Below, in pieces: positions 11,901-25,000 of a stretch of 64,000 nt of DNA. The stretch covers positions 1,044,689-1,108,688 of the forward strand of contig CM074809.1 of the NCBI GenBank assembly GCA_037447605.1, read 5' to 3'. The DNA comes from Zygnema circumcarinatum SAG 698-1b (lineage: Eukaryota > Plantae > Zygnematophyceae). The first letter of the stretch is position 1. Each line of letters starts with the position of its first letter. Made by a program: the position numbers and the translations under genes. The notes under the pieces were generated by a model, which searched no databases, had not been told where the DNA came from, and worked only from the letters and a program-made list of their open reading frames with translations.

Positions 11901-14900
11901 GATTGCGGACTTTGGGGCTGCTCTTACGACAGCGGACGATTCCATGCTGCAGGGCGTGCTTTCAGAGCTTGAAGTAAATCCTCAAAACCCTAATGCTTAT
12001 CACCATTCTACCTCCACAAACATATTCGTCACATTGTTGGATTGCTCGGATCGATCGATTAGATGCCATTCTACTCATGCAGAAAAGTGATTCTTTTGTG
12101 GTCCAATTGAGGCTTTATTTTGTGTGTCTCCCACGCATTTAAGCCGCTTTAATTTTGAGGGTAACTCGGAATGTTGGACCTTCCCTCTGTGCGGGCAGAG
12201 CAGGTGGAGAAGAGGCTCGGGCTCACCCTCATGCTGCTCAAGAAGGAGCTCGACCTGGCCAAGCTTCAGGTGCTGCAAACTGCAAACTGCAAACAAACAA
12301 ACATGCAAACTGCAAGAGCCGTAGCAGTATAGGGATTTTGAACATTGTGGGATATGGCTCTGGACAAACTTTCTGAACAATCCTCCCCTGAAATCACTAT
12401 CCGAGGAGAAGGTGGGAGGGATGAAAAGGGAATTCATTTGAAGGGGGGTCTAGATAGAAAGTCCAGGTGGAATTTAGAACTTGAGATTGACACCATAAGG
12501 AGAGGAGAAGTACTGGGAACTGGCATTAGCTATTTAACTCTAGTATCCTACGAAGATATTTCTGCTGTTGCCTTCAAAAAGTATTCCTTTAGGAATATTC
12601 TGTTGGCATTTGTTTCAGTGCATAAATGGACTCATTGCGTTTTGAAAATTTTGGGAGTGTGTAGGCTAGCATAGCCAAAGGAGTGGAGGAGAAAATTTCC
12701 GGCGAGCAAAGGCGATATGTTCTACTGGAGCAGCTGAAAGCCATCAAGAAGGTGAGGTGAGAAGGGGAGAGATTTGAAAGGCTCGCATTGAGGGTGCTTT
12801 CGTTTAGCGGTTTTGAAGCTTAGGGTTGTTGAAGTTGAAGCAGGTTTGGGTCCTAGAGGGCTCTCAAGGTACACAATCGACTTGAGGAAGTTGCTGGAAA
12901 AGTTGATCTTTACAAGGTAAAGGTTCACATCATATGTCGTTATTTTGTTTTCTTTCGTTTGTTGGTCTTCTTCTGAATTTTTTGAAAACAAAAAGGGACG
13001 AGGTTGTGCATGTGTGCAGGAGCTTGGCCTCGAAAAGGACGATAAAACCACGCTGATTGGTACTGTTCGTGAAACCCTAATCCTGCCAACCCTAATTATT
13101 AAATGAAACAAACCTTAGATAACCTTCAAGTCCTTCAACAGAAATTTTCTAGCCTTGCCTTTTGGAGCCAAACTTTGACACGAAACCTTTTGTGGATTCT
13201 CAAGGCACAATTGGGCTTTCTAATTCATTTCTTACAAGGTTTTTCTTTCGGATCAAGTTGCATGAGATCTAGGCTTCATGAGCTACCCATGAGCTACTCA
13301 CTTTAGAACATCCAATGCTCCTCTAATTCCCACATCGCTGGGCACACTTTGGGGCTATGCAGGAAAGTTCAGGACGAAATTGGAGCCCTTTAGGGAAGCC
13401 TGCCCTCCCCAAGTGCTGCAAGTGAGTTTAACTTGAGTGAGTGCAAGTGCAATTGCAAGTGAGCTTAAGTCTAACTTCCTGGAAACACAAAATCATCGAC
13501 CCCCTCGTATGGTAGGGCTAGCAAATTCCACTTGTTGCAATGGTTGGAAAATTCTCAACCCGAGCCATCTCTCAAACACTGCAAACAATCTACCGATGCG
13601 GCACAATGTCGTCAACAATGTTCTTCTTTGGTGACTGTTGACCGTTGACCATTGGCTGTTGACTTTTTGACCGTTACAGGTGATCGAGGAGGAGATAGCG
13701 AAGCTGCAGGGTTTGGAGGGGAGTTCGAGCGAGTTCAATGTCACACGGAACTACCTCGATTGGCTCACCTCCCTCCCGTGGGGGCACCACAGGTGGAAAA
13801 TACAAAACAAAACAAAAAAAAAACAATACAGAAATGTGTTGTTTGGATAGGCACAGTTTCAGGGCCTTTGTTTTGTTTTTGGCCCCCTTGTCTTTGTTTG
13901 GGTGATTATTCTACAAGGTTAGCAGGCGAGGCTTCATGTACCATTGGTGTCAACATGCTTGTGGTTTTGGGGGGGAGGGGGGCGGGCAGCAAAGAAAATT
14001 TCGATGTGAGGAGGGCTCAGAACGTGCTCGATGCGGACCACTACGGTTTGGAGGATGTGAAGGAGCGCATTCTCGAGTTCATCGCCGTGGGGAAGCTAAG
14101 GGGCACGGCGCAGGGTGAGGAAGAGAGAGAGAGAGAGAGAGGGAGAGGAGAGGGAGAGCAAGAACGAGCGAGAGGAGGGAGAGCGGGAGAGAGTGAAAAG
14201 AGAGAGAGAGGAGAAAGAAGATGAGCGAGAGAGCGAACGAGTGGCGGAATGGGAGAGGAAAAAGGGAGGGAGTGGAGGAATGAGAGAGGGATATTGGGAG
14301 ACAGGGAGAGAGTCTAGGTGAAATGGAAAGCAGGAATGAGAGAGGGGGAGAGAAAGAGAGAGTGTGATGCTTAGATGGTGAGAGGGGAGCGGAAAACGAG
14401 GGAGGTCTGTTGAAAGCTTGTTGCCACTCTGCCGCATACGTTCATCAATTTTGTGGGCCTGTTCCGCGAATTCGATTCCGTTATCTAAATATTGTCCTTT
14501 CGAGCTTCTAATTTGGCCCTCATTGTTGGTCCAATGTTGGAACATGTAAATAACATGTGATTGAATAGACCTCATTTCTGCGGGAAGTTCTGCGTCGTGT
14601 TACAGGAAAGATCATTTGTTTGGTCGGGCCGCCCGGAGTAGGGAAGACGTCGATTGGGCGATCTATTGCAAACGCTTTGAACCGAAAATTCTATCGATTC
14701 TCTGTCGGAGGTTTGAGTGATGTTGCGGAGATAAAGGTACGGAGATGGAGAGTTGAGGGAAAAACAAAATTGGTTATGGCTGTTGGTCAAACAGCATAAA
14801 ACTTTGCTTCCCTCTTTCTAGTTCTGATGAGCATCACAGTTTTTTTTCTTACTTGTTTCCGAAAAACCGGCCGTTCTTGGAGTTCTAGGTGAAGCATGGA

Positions 14901-17900
14901 GCTTCTTCAGACGTAAGAAGTTGATCTGAAGTTGAAGAGACTCACATTCATTTTTAGCGAGACAGTGAAAAGATAGTCACTTTGGTATTGGAGGGTTGCA
15001 TGGCATCAGGGTCATCGCAGAACCTACGTGGGAGCTATGCCTGGCAAAGTAGTGCAGTGCTTGAAAGCCGTTCAGACTGCCAACCCTCTTGTGCTTATCG
15101 ATGAAATCGACAAGGTGGAGCTCTGATTCAACCCCTTCAATCTTCGCTTTAAAGGCCTCTGAAGCTTTATGAGTGTATGGGCCCTCATAAAGCTCAAGCA
15201 TTGTGGAAGCGTCTTTTAAGTGTTCTAACGAATGATTTTTTGAGAACCCACACACTGCATTTCGTCCCTTTTGCTTTGTTTTGTTGGGGTTTGTCGCTGA
15301 CAGTTTGTGTGCGTGCGATTTCTCAGTTGGGGCGGGGGAATTCGGGAGACCCTGCAAGTGCGTTGCTGGAATTGCTTGACCCGGAGCAGAACTCCTCTTT
15401 TCTGGACCATTATTTGGATGTTCCCATTGACCTTTCCAAGGTTAGACTCTTCACAAGTCTAAGATGGTCCAATTTCTTGACAAAGCAAAGTGAAAAAGGC
15501 TACCTATCGTCAATAGATGGTTCTTAAATGTCCACTGTTTGCTCGCTTGTGATGTTTGCTTCTACTTTTAACGATGTGTCTCCCACAAAAGTTCCAATTG
15601 TTCACGAACTTTTAGTGTGCATCTTTCGATCCGTAAACGCGTGTCAGCGACATGGAACGGACCTTTACGGAAGAATCTCAACTTTGGAAAGGGCTAAAGC
15701 TCATACTGAAAAGCTCCTGCTTCCTTTATGTTCAACAAAAGTGAGATTTTGCTCACTTTTCCGTTCCTTGTTTTCGTGTTTTGAACACATCCACCTTTAC
15801 ACCAATCAGGTCCTTTTCGTCTGCACTGCAAACGTTCTGGAAACGATTCCCGTACCTCTTCTTGACCGCATGGAAATCATCCGACTCGCTGGATATATCG
15901 GGGATGAAAAGATGCACATTGCTCGCGGCTATTTGGAACCCAATGCTCGAAATGCATCTGGAGTGGCCCTACATCAGGTAGAGTATTATCTATTCTTTTT
16001 GAAGTAGAATTGGTTCTGTTTTGCATCTTCAATGTTTGCACTCGTAGTGTGATGGATTGTCCAAACGTGAACATCTTTCTACAGGTGGAAATAACAGAAG
16101 ATGCCATACTGAGGCTGGTGGAGGATTACTGCCGAGAAGCGGGAGTCCGCTCTTTACAAAAACACATTGAACGGATATATCGGAAGGTGGATGCTCGTAG
16201 CATTTCCTGCTTATTTTTTGAAAGTGACAAGTGAATGTGTGAGGATTGTGCTGTTATTAGCCCTGCGCACAGTTTCAGTTGTCTCGGGAGCGAGCAGTTT
16301 CTGATTAGTGAGTTGAGATTCTTTAGAGATTTGGTGGTGTTTTTTAGGAGAAGGACAAGGCTCAAAAGAGTTTTTTGGTTGCTGAATCTATGGCGGCTGA
16401 TGTGGTCCTCCCCAGATCGCCCTGCAAGTCGTTCGTCGAGAGGCGGAGATGGAGAAGACTCACAAGGAAGATGCAGTAGAGGGAGTGCAGGAGGCAGTAG
16501 TGGGAGAGGCAGAAGGGAAAGAGTCGCATGGCTCTCACGTAGTAGAGATTGCGGAAAAAATAATCGAAGGAGGGAAGTTCGAGGAGGGCGAATTGGTGGC
16601 GGAGTTGACAGAAGAGAGTGAAGACGAGGAGGTGCGGCTGCTGCGTGAGACGGAACGGAAACGGAAAGAAGTGGAGGAGGCAGTGGCAGAGAACGGGAAG
16701 CTGCAGGAGGTGGGAACCCTATGAATGTGGAAACCCTATCTGAAGAAGGGCAGGTCTGCATTGCAGTTTCTGAGCCTGCCGTGTGATATTTTCTCAGTTT
16801 CTGGCCTATTAGGGTTAGGAGCACATCTCATCTCTTCTGACACAGAGAGCTGGTGGCGCCACGTGGCACTGCAGGAGCAGTTGACCAATGTGCAGCCGCC
16901 AGCTCAGCAGACTGAAGGCGAGGTCGCGAGCCGTGTGATCGGAGAGAAGATTGTTGTGAGCGGAGAGAACCTGCAGGAGTATGCAGGGCAGCCGGTATTC
17001 CAAAACGAGCGGCTTTACGAGCAGACACCATTGGGGGTCGTTATGGGGCTCGCATGGACATCCATGGGGGGGTCAACGCTGTAAGCTTCCTTCTCCAGAA
17101 GATGTGGTTGTTGCCTTTCTGAAAAAAGTCAAATCATACAATCCTGAACAAACATGAAACTCTTCAGTGAGCTGATAATGGTTGAGGTTAAATCACTTCC
17201 TTAAGACATGACTTTCTTTGATGGTCCAATCAGCATACGCATTAAGCTGACGTGCACGTCTGTGGATTGCAGGTATGTGGAGACCAGCATAGTGGAGCAG
17301 GTGATCTATGGCTCCAACTGAGCCCTTCTGTTTCTCCCAGCAGTCCATTCCATACTGAAGCTTGTTCCATTCGCTCTCCTCCGTCTGCTCAAACCCTAAT
17401 TCCGAACGCTCCGCTGTGGGTGCGGATGCAGGGCGAAGGCAAAGGGGGCTTGAAGCTGACCGGGCAGCTGGGAGACGTGATGAAAGAGAGTGCTACCATC
17501 GCCCACACAGTCGCTCGCCGCATCTTCTCCGCCATGGCCCCCGGCAACAGCTTCTTCTCCTCCACCCTCATGCACCTCCACGTGCCAGCTGGCGCCACCC
17601 CAAAGGACGGCCCAAGCGCTGGGTGCACCATGATCACCTCCATGCTCTCCCTTGCGCTGGGGAGACCTGTCAGGAAGGACCTTGCCATGACGGGAGAGGT
17701 CACTCTCACAGGGCGCGTCCTGCCTATTGGGGGCGTAAGCTCTCTCTCTCTTCTCTTTCCCTCTCTCTCTCTCTCTCTCTCTCCCGTTTTCTCCTTCCGA
17801 TGTTGTGCCTTGCCTCGGTGCTCCTTTTGATCGTTCCAAGGTGCGTGTTGCAGGTGAAGGAGAAGACGATCGGTGCGAGGAGGAGTGGCGTGAAGACCAT

Positions 17901-18072
17901 CATCTTCCCGAAAGCGAACAGGCGGGACTTTGAGGAGCTGCTGCCGCACGTGCGGGAGGGCCTGGACGCGCACTTCACCGACAGCTACGAGGAGATATTC
18001 CGACTCGCGTTCGAAGAGGAGGGAGCGGCGCAGAGCGCGGTGGAGGAGGAGGTCGCTTCGACCTCGGCATGA
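8963..18072 (+). CDS. LON1: Mitochondrial Lon protease
   Basis: About 20 exons give an N-domain ([15 protein letters not shown]), Walker A GPPGVGKT, Walker [23 protein letters not shown], catalytic PKDGPSAG and GG|VKEK. N-terminus looks like a targeting peptide. Confidence 0.97.
14115..14395 (+). repeat. GA-rich low-complexity tract in a Lon intron
   Basis: Near-pure purine run after donor CAGG|GTGAGG. It generates spurious RE/ER ORFs. Confidence 0.85.
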
Positions 18073-18456
18073 GGAGGCAGCACATGCATTCAGAGGATGG
18101 GCACATCTCTCGTGTCTGCGTTTGCGTAGTAAGGAAAGGTGAAACCCTAGAGCTAGTTGGGAACAACATTGGAGGACACGGCCTGTACAGAGGGTAGCAG
18201 GTACACTCGGTAGCGCAATTACCATTCTTTCAATAGAAACATGGTCGAGAACAGTTTTGTAACAATTAAAAAAAACTCAACAGGGCTATGACGGAGCCTG
18301 CAGCTCTACATTATTCGCATCGATCAAAAAGAGAAAAAAACATGGTTTCAAAGGGATCTCAACCTTAAGAGGAACCGCGAGCTAAGCTACTGAATGCAGA
18401 ATGGCTGGCTACACAGCCATGAAACAAAAGAATGGGAGTGCTATACAGCGCCACCT

Positions 18457-20270
18457 CTAAAAGTGGTCCAAGTTTGCAAAGTGCTCCATGTTCCCGAGGT
18501 GCGGCCCTATGGTCTGATGAATGGCGGCAAAGGCTGTCAGGACGCTGTACACAACTTCAAAAACGATGAACTGCGCAGCACTCCCCGGGATGGCCCGCAC
18601 GAGGCACACGGAGAGGCCGCGGTAGAGCTCGCGCACAGAGCCCTCGTCTTGAAGGATGCGCAGCGCGGCGTGCAGAGCCCCTTTGAAGCGCGGCAGCGTC
18701 AGAGAGTCGGTTTGAATGCGGCTCTTCAGCGTGTCAAAGGGGTACCCAACCTGCTCAGATAACGAGAAAAAAGGCGCCAATGGTCAGAGGAGAAAGGGGA
18801 GAAAACAAGCACATAACTTCATTACCTGGTAGCATTCCTTCCGCAATTTAAGGTTTCTGCAATCATTCCAAAGCGGACAAAGCAACAGAATGAAGGAGGG
18901 GACATACGGAGAAGTAAGCCATGCCGGCCAGGCTGCCCGCCGGCCAAATATGCATCCAATGCAGGCCTTCCGGATGTGCATGTCTGCTGCCTCCCCTTCC
19001 AGCTCCCGGCTCCCCGAGAAGCAACATAACGATGTCATATACTCCAAAGAGCGCCTGTCCACCAGCAACAAACCCCTTCAATCAATCCAGCGATTGATAA
19101 CAGCACGTATGCATATCTGTGGCTAGACGGGTAGTCTTAATGGGCCTTTCGACTCCCTGACTTTAGAAAGGCCAAAAGCAAGTGTAGCGCCCTTTCTAGC
19201 CCATGACATGTTTGCAGAGATGATGCATGCACAGATTGCCCACTTTCAAAGGACTGCCGTTCTATCGGGGACATAGGGTGCATCCATCTTTCCAAGTACA
19301 TCTCGTGTCCAGCCTTTCTAGAGAGCGCGTTTGCTTTGCACACAACTATTTTCCATCTAGCTTCAAAAAGCAGTTCACCCCTCTCATGAGTTGTTCCCTA
19401 AGGTTCTAGTCGCCGCTTAGATTGGACATAAACGCCGACAACCCACATCAATGCTCATGATTGCAACTGCAGCTTACCACGTTTCCGGTGGTCTCCTTGA
19501 GAAATTGGAACACCCAACCGTAGTAAAGACCCAAAGGACCTTTTGCCGCAATCACCTCTTTCATCACATGCATTGCACTGGACACATGCATCTCAGCTGC
19601 ATTTTTTCCGACATTTGTTGGGTTTCCTCTTCTTCCTCGCTTGGCCGCGCCAACTTGAAGCCGGGCTTTGACATGATCAAACGGGCAATAAATAATGCTC
19701 TCGACGGTTCCAATTAAAAAGCACGCAAGGATAAATCTGTGAGGTGCGAAAATGCTCGCTCCTAGCACCCCCCGGAGCCAGTCCATAGCTCCAAAAAGTA
19801 AAGCAACCCCAAGTGCGTTTTGAATCAACGGAGCTGCAAGCCCTTTGTAGAGTCCCGCCAACCCTTCCCTACGAATAATTGTCACCGTACAATGTAAAGG
19901 GCCCCTGTATAAGACTTTGTCACCGACCCGATCCTGAGATTGCGTTTGAATTCGCGTCTTCACAGTATCAAATGGATGACCTGCACACGCAAAACACGGG
20001 CTAGACATCGGCTTCTATGGAAGTACAACGGGAAAGCATCTATTTACGTCATCATGCGAACACTGAATGCAATTTTACTACCATGCATAGAGTGAGAGTG
20101 AAAACCTAAAACGTCCTGTACTGAAACCATTTTCACTGCCTCGATTCTAAGTTAACAGAGCATTTTTGAGCAAATCCTGAAAGCAACCATGTGATTTGAT
20201 CCGCACCGATGAGGATCTCTGCAATTCCCGCACAGAAGCCGGCCACAACGCTTATCCTCGTGTCCCCCAT
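18457..20270 (-). CDS. Mitochondrial carrier family (SLC25), amino-acid/carnitine carrier-like
   Basis: Four exons: MGDTRISVVAGFCAGIAEILIG|HPFDTVKTRIQ...CPFDHVKARLQ...|ALFGVY...AGSLAGMAYFS|VGYPFDTLKSRIQ. Three Px[DE]xx[KR]xR signatures. Substrate not determinable. Confidence 0.93.
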
Positions 20271-21159
20271 TTCTTTCACAGCATCAACTCAAATTGCTCT
20301 GCAGGTACGCAAATGCAAAGAAATTAAAACCAGTTACTGGTATTCATGCAGGGAATAATTAAATTGCGCAAGAGGCTGCCATGCATTGAGTTGAAACATG
20401 CTTTGCTAATCCAAGTGATAGTGAGTTTGTATTGATCCGAAGGCTGCGTACACAACTCCAATGAATCAAACAAAAACTCTGCAATTGTTCACGGATACGT
20501 GTCAATTGAACGATGAGGGCCTCTCGAAGCCTGCTAAAATGCACAAAAGCGCTTCTTGCTTTTTGCCTTTACTTTTGCCCTAATCAGAAACAATTCGTTT
20601 GATCCATTTAGGTCATCCTTTCAGGAAATTGGCTATGTCATCACTTTAAATGAACTACAAAATCTGATGCTTGAGCAGAGTCTGCAGATCCATCCGCACT
20701 TCCGTGTTTCCTATCGCCATATGAAGTTATACCGTACCATTCCATCAGCGAAACCCTAATGCTCTGCCGAAAATGGATGACGTTGGCCACTCGCGAACTG
20801 TACCTGCCGGCATTGTCATCCCTTCATCACAAAGGCCTCCAAATCTCTCGCCAGAGACATCATCTGAAGCCAACCTTCAAATTAAACCAGAGAATATAGA
20901 ATAATGTATGATTGTGATTATGAAAATGATCCCCAACGTGAAGAAAAGTATCAAATTTCTGCCTTTTCCCGCCTAATATTGGGGCCCTGCGATGCCGCTC
21001 TCAAGCCCTCTGCTCTGCAGGATGAAGGCAGTTGCAGGAGCACAGACATGGGTCAACATGGAGCAACTCTGATCCAGATCAAACGGGATACGCGGAGATC
21101 TACCTGGTGGACCCTCGGATCAATACGGATCAACAATGCGCAACTGGAGTAGGGATGGA

Positions 21160-21580
21160 TTAATTACGACTATATAATATATATTATATTATACAACTGT
21201 GACGACTAGATAACGGCTGATATATATTACTTTACAACGCCTTTACAACATGTACGGTCGGACGGTCGTATGATCGTACGATTGTACGGTATTATGCGGT
21301 ACGAATGTACGGTCGAGCACGAGCAGACAGAGTGAACCAGACGGACGCATTTCGCAACGCTAACGCCAAAACGACCTAATTTTGGTATGGTATGACCGTA
21401 CGACCGTACGAGTACGGTCATACGGTCGTTAATTGTTCAAAACGAGTGGGTATAATATATGTAATAAAATGTTTTACTTTGTAATATATTTGCCATCGTG
21501 AGTTCAATATATCATCCCCCGCCTATTTGTAATATATTACTACTTTTAAACCCGTTCTAAAGTATATAATATATTCGGAA
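21160..21580. repeat. Composite intergenic repeat: GTACGGTC cluster flanked by TAATATAT-rich segments
   Basis: Eight GTAC in 21250-21420, in both orientations (GTACGGTC/GACCGTAC). Repeated TAATATAT, and a perfect palindrome GTAATATATTAC at 21529-21540. Confidence 0.65.
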
Positions 21581-22024
21581 TTTATAACGCGGGCCATCCC
21601 TAAACTGGAGTGCCACTGATCCGCTTGCGGGAGCAATTGCCCAATCTATGTGGAATCCGCGCAGTGAAGTTTCACAAAACTATGACACAAACTTAATTTG
21701 AACATAGAATAATTCACGGAAATCGTAGTTAACCGTTTTTATTTTTGAGCTGGCAATATCTGATTGGCAACGGTAGCGTGGTTTCCACGGAACAATCGCT
21801 CAACGGTTTCCACACTCATGGAAACAGTAAATCTGCACTGCCTCGAGCCCGCCCTCCAAGGCGCCTTTCCTCCAAATGCGAATTTTCACAAGAAGTCGAT
21901 TACCTTCCAATGACGAATCGCCACGTGTAGTTATTGCATACGTGGCGGACACTGATTGGAGGATGCTTGACAAAGCAGAGAGAGGCAGAAGCTTGAAGGG
22001 AGAGAGGGCGCAGCTCCACCTTTG

Positions 22025-25000
22025 ATGGAGGCAATTTGGAGGGCGCCGGCCATGGCCTCCCTCCACCTCATGCATGTCGGCCGGCAGCCATGGCCGCAGC
22101 ACTGCTGCAAGGGAGCCATGGCCGTCCGGAATGGCTATGGAAGTCGGAGTCTGAGACCAGGGCAGCTGCTTTCAGCTATCTGTCTTTTCTCCATGGAGAA
22201 GAAGGCGCCATGGATTTCAAGGAGCTTCTCCACCCGCCGCTATTCTGTGACGCCGCAAGTGAGCAGCAGGGGAAATTCAAGGGGCCTCAGCTCACCGCTT
22301 CCGCGGACTGTAGCCATGGCTTCCATCCTGTTCACTCTGCTCGGCCCTCCTGCTTGTGTTCTCGGCTGCCCAACCCTAAAGGCTCCGTCTCTATCGCAGC
22401 CCTCCCTCCTGCAGACTGCTACAAGCACCAGGAAGAGGAAGCCTCTCTCACCTCCGCAGGGTGCTGCAGGGAGTCCACCAGGGTCTAAGGAGTCGGTGGA
22501 AGCTGTGGTAGCGGAGAAGGAGAGAAGGGTAGAGGAGGACCAGGACGAGGTAGAGCGGCTTGACAAGGAGCTCTCGGAGCTCCAGTCCATGGCGGATGAG
22601 ACTCTGCAGCAACAGGTGGGCCTGCGGAGGCGCGACTATCCGTGCACGGCGGACGAGCTCCACTATGTCCCTTCGGGGGACTGGCGACTCGCCCTTTGGC
22701 GCTACAAGCCGCCTCCGAATGTGAGTGGGCAGGCGGCGCTCATTTTTAGAAGGCAGTTTTTGATGGAGAGGGGAAGTTCGACAACTGAAGGTCAACTATG
22801 CACTTGTCATCTGTGTCGTCCAAGTACCCACTTTGCGTTACAGCACGCATTGACAAATAGTTGAGGAATCTGTGCGGCCTGCTAATCGCATAGGCATGTA
22901 CAATCAGAAATTTAGGTTTGGCTTACTTCATTTCTTCTGCTCTGCCTTTCAAACTGAAGGAGTAAGGCTGAAGTTAGCCTGGATAAGTGGATAACTTTAG
23001 ACCTTTGGCGGAAAAATGGTTGTTGACTTTGCACTAATAGCAACGATAGGATCACCGCCATAGAGATTATAGTTCAAAGGTCGCATGCTGACTTTAAATG
23101 ATCTATATTTTACTATCTCCATCGCGACTGTGCGCAGGCTCCGAAAAGGAACCATCCTGTAATTCTGCTCTGTGGAATCGCGACTAATGCAATTGGCTAC
23201 GACCTTCATCCAGATGTAAGGTCAACTATGGCAGCTATAATGCACGCATTGAAATAACACTTTGTATGACCGATTTACATTACAGATCATCAGTTTACGT
23301 GGCTCCCGGATACTTATGCATGCTGTTTTTTCATTTCAGGTCTCTCTGGCTCGACACCTTCGCGATAACGGTTTTGATACATGGACACTTGAGGTGCGCG
23401 GAGCAGGACTTAGCCATTTAGCCGAGGAAGAGGACAAGCCAGCGGGAGAAAAGTTGGACGAAGTGAAGCGTCTGCAGAAGCAGGGGGGGGAAGAAGGTGA
23501 TGCAAATCCAAAACCATCTCCTAATGTCGAGTATACATTAAAGGGTTCAGGGCCTGATGACTTGAGTATCAATGTTGCCGATCAGAATGGGAGCACAAGA
23601 CCTGTGGATTTGAACGGAACTGTGGATCAGCTTCAAGATCAGCTCGATGTTCTTGCAGAGGAAGGCCAAAAGAATGCATTTTCTGAAAAGTTGGTTGAAA
23701 TGCGAGAGATTGCGAAGGGACTAATGGAGGAAGCTACTAAAAAAACAGCACTTTCAGAAAGAATTTCTGACTTGGCTGAGGGTATAAAGGGGGTTTTGAA
23801 TGAAGAACAGAAGAATGCCGTAGCCAGCAGGCTGGCAGACGTCCGGTCACGTCTGGCTCGATTAGGGGAAGAAGCACAGAAAGCAGGAGAGCCCTTGAAA
23901 GTGAATGAGCTCACAGAGAGGCTGAAAAAAATACTGGATGAGGGACAGAAATCTCAACTTTCGGAACGGATTTCTTCAGTTCGCGAAAGCCTGGGAAACC
24001 TTGTGGGAGAAGGGCAAAGGGCCGCCTTGACGGGAAGAATTTCGGACTTAGTGGAAAGGCTAACAACTTTACTGGAAGAAGGACAAAAGACGAGCGTTAC
24101 TGCAAAAATTGTGGAGCTAAGAAAGAGGCTGGAAGTGCTTCTGGAGGAAAGTCAGTCTGCTGCATCTCCTAGAGTAGAGGAAGTGAGAGGAAGAATGGCG
24201 GTCATTTTGAATGAAGCACAGAGAACACTTGAACTCATGAAGAAGTATGATTGGGACTTCGATACCATTTTGTATGAGGATATCCCTGCAGCAATGGAAT
24301 TTGTGGTAGAGCAATGTAAACCAGAAGACGGGAAAGTGATTGGCGTTGGGCATTCAATGGGCGGTATTTTGTGGTTTTCTCACCTTGCAGCAAAAGGTGC
24401 GTGTCTGGGCAGGTCCCTTTTTCTTTCACCTTTTCTTTCTATTACTTGCACAGACAGATGCAGTTTTGAGGAACATTCTGTATGTATCTTCAGAAGCTTC
24501 GATTCTTTTAGTGATATCGAGGCTGATAGAACGATGTATCCTGTGAAGTGCAGGCGAGAAATCTGGCCTGGCTGCAGCAGTGGCAATAGCTTCATCCATG
24601 GACTACAGCCCCTCCAATTCCAGTTTGAAGCTTATCGTGCCTCTGGTATGCTGAAGATCACATCTCACTTGCTAAATTGCGAAGCTCAACTTTCTAAAAG
24701 TAAGATTTATTAAGGGGTTCGGCGTCTTTATAAGTCAAAAGAAAGTCTAACGATAGTCGACACTACCGTCAAAATGAACACGTGAAGATTTTGACATCCC
24801 TATGCTTAGAGTTAGTGTGGTTCACTCACCCTCCTTTTTGCCCATCCTGTCCTGTTCTTGCTTCCGAACTTGAGCCTGCGAACTGTGCAGGCCACCCCTG
24901 CGAGGCTTGCCAGTGTCCCTGTCATCCCAATGGGTGTGCTGGCACGGACCGCGCTACCGTTCATCATGTACCCGCCGTACACACTCGCATGGATTGGTTA

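Noticed and set aside
16427-16711. Acidic insertion in Lon
   Set aside because: A variable charged insert at this position is normal for organellar Lon proteases.
20904-21152. 82-aa ORF or gene fragment
   Set aside because: No recognisable motif or consistent splice structure; it lies in a divergent promoter region.
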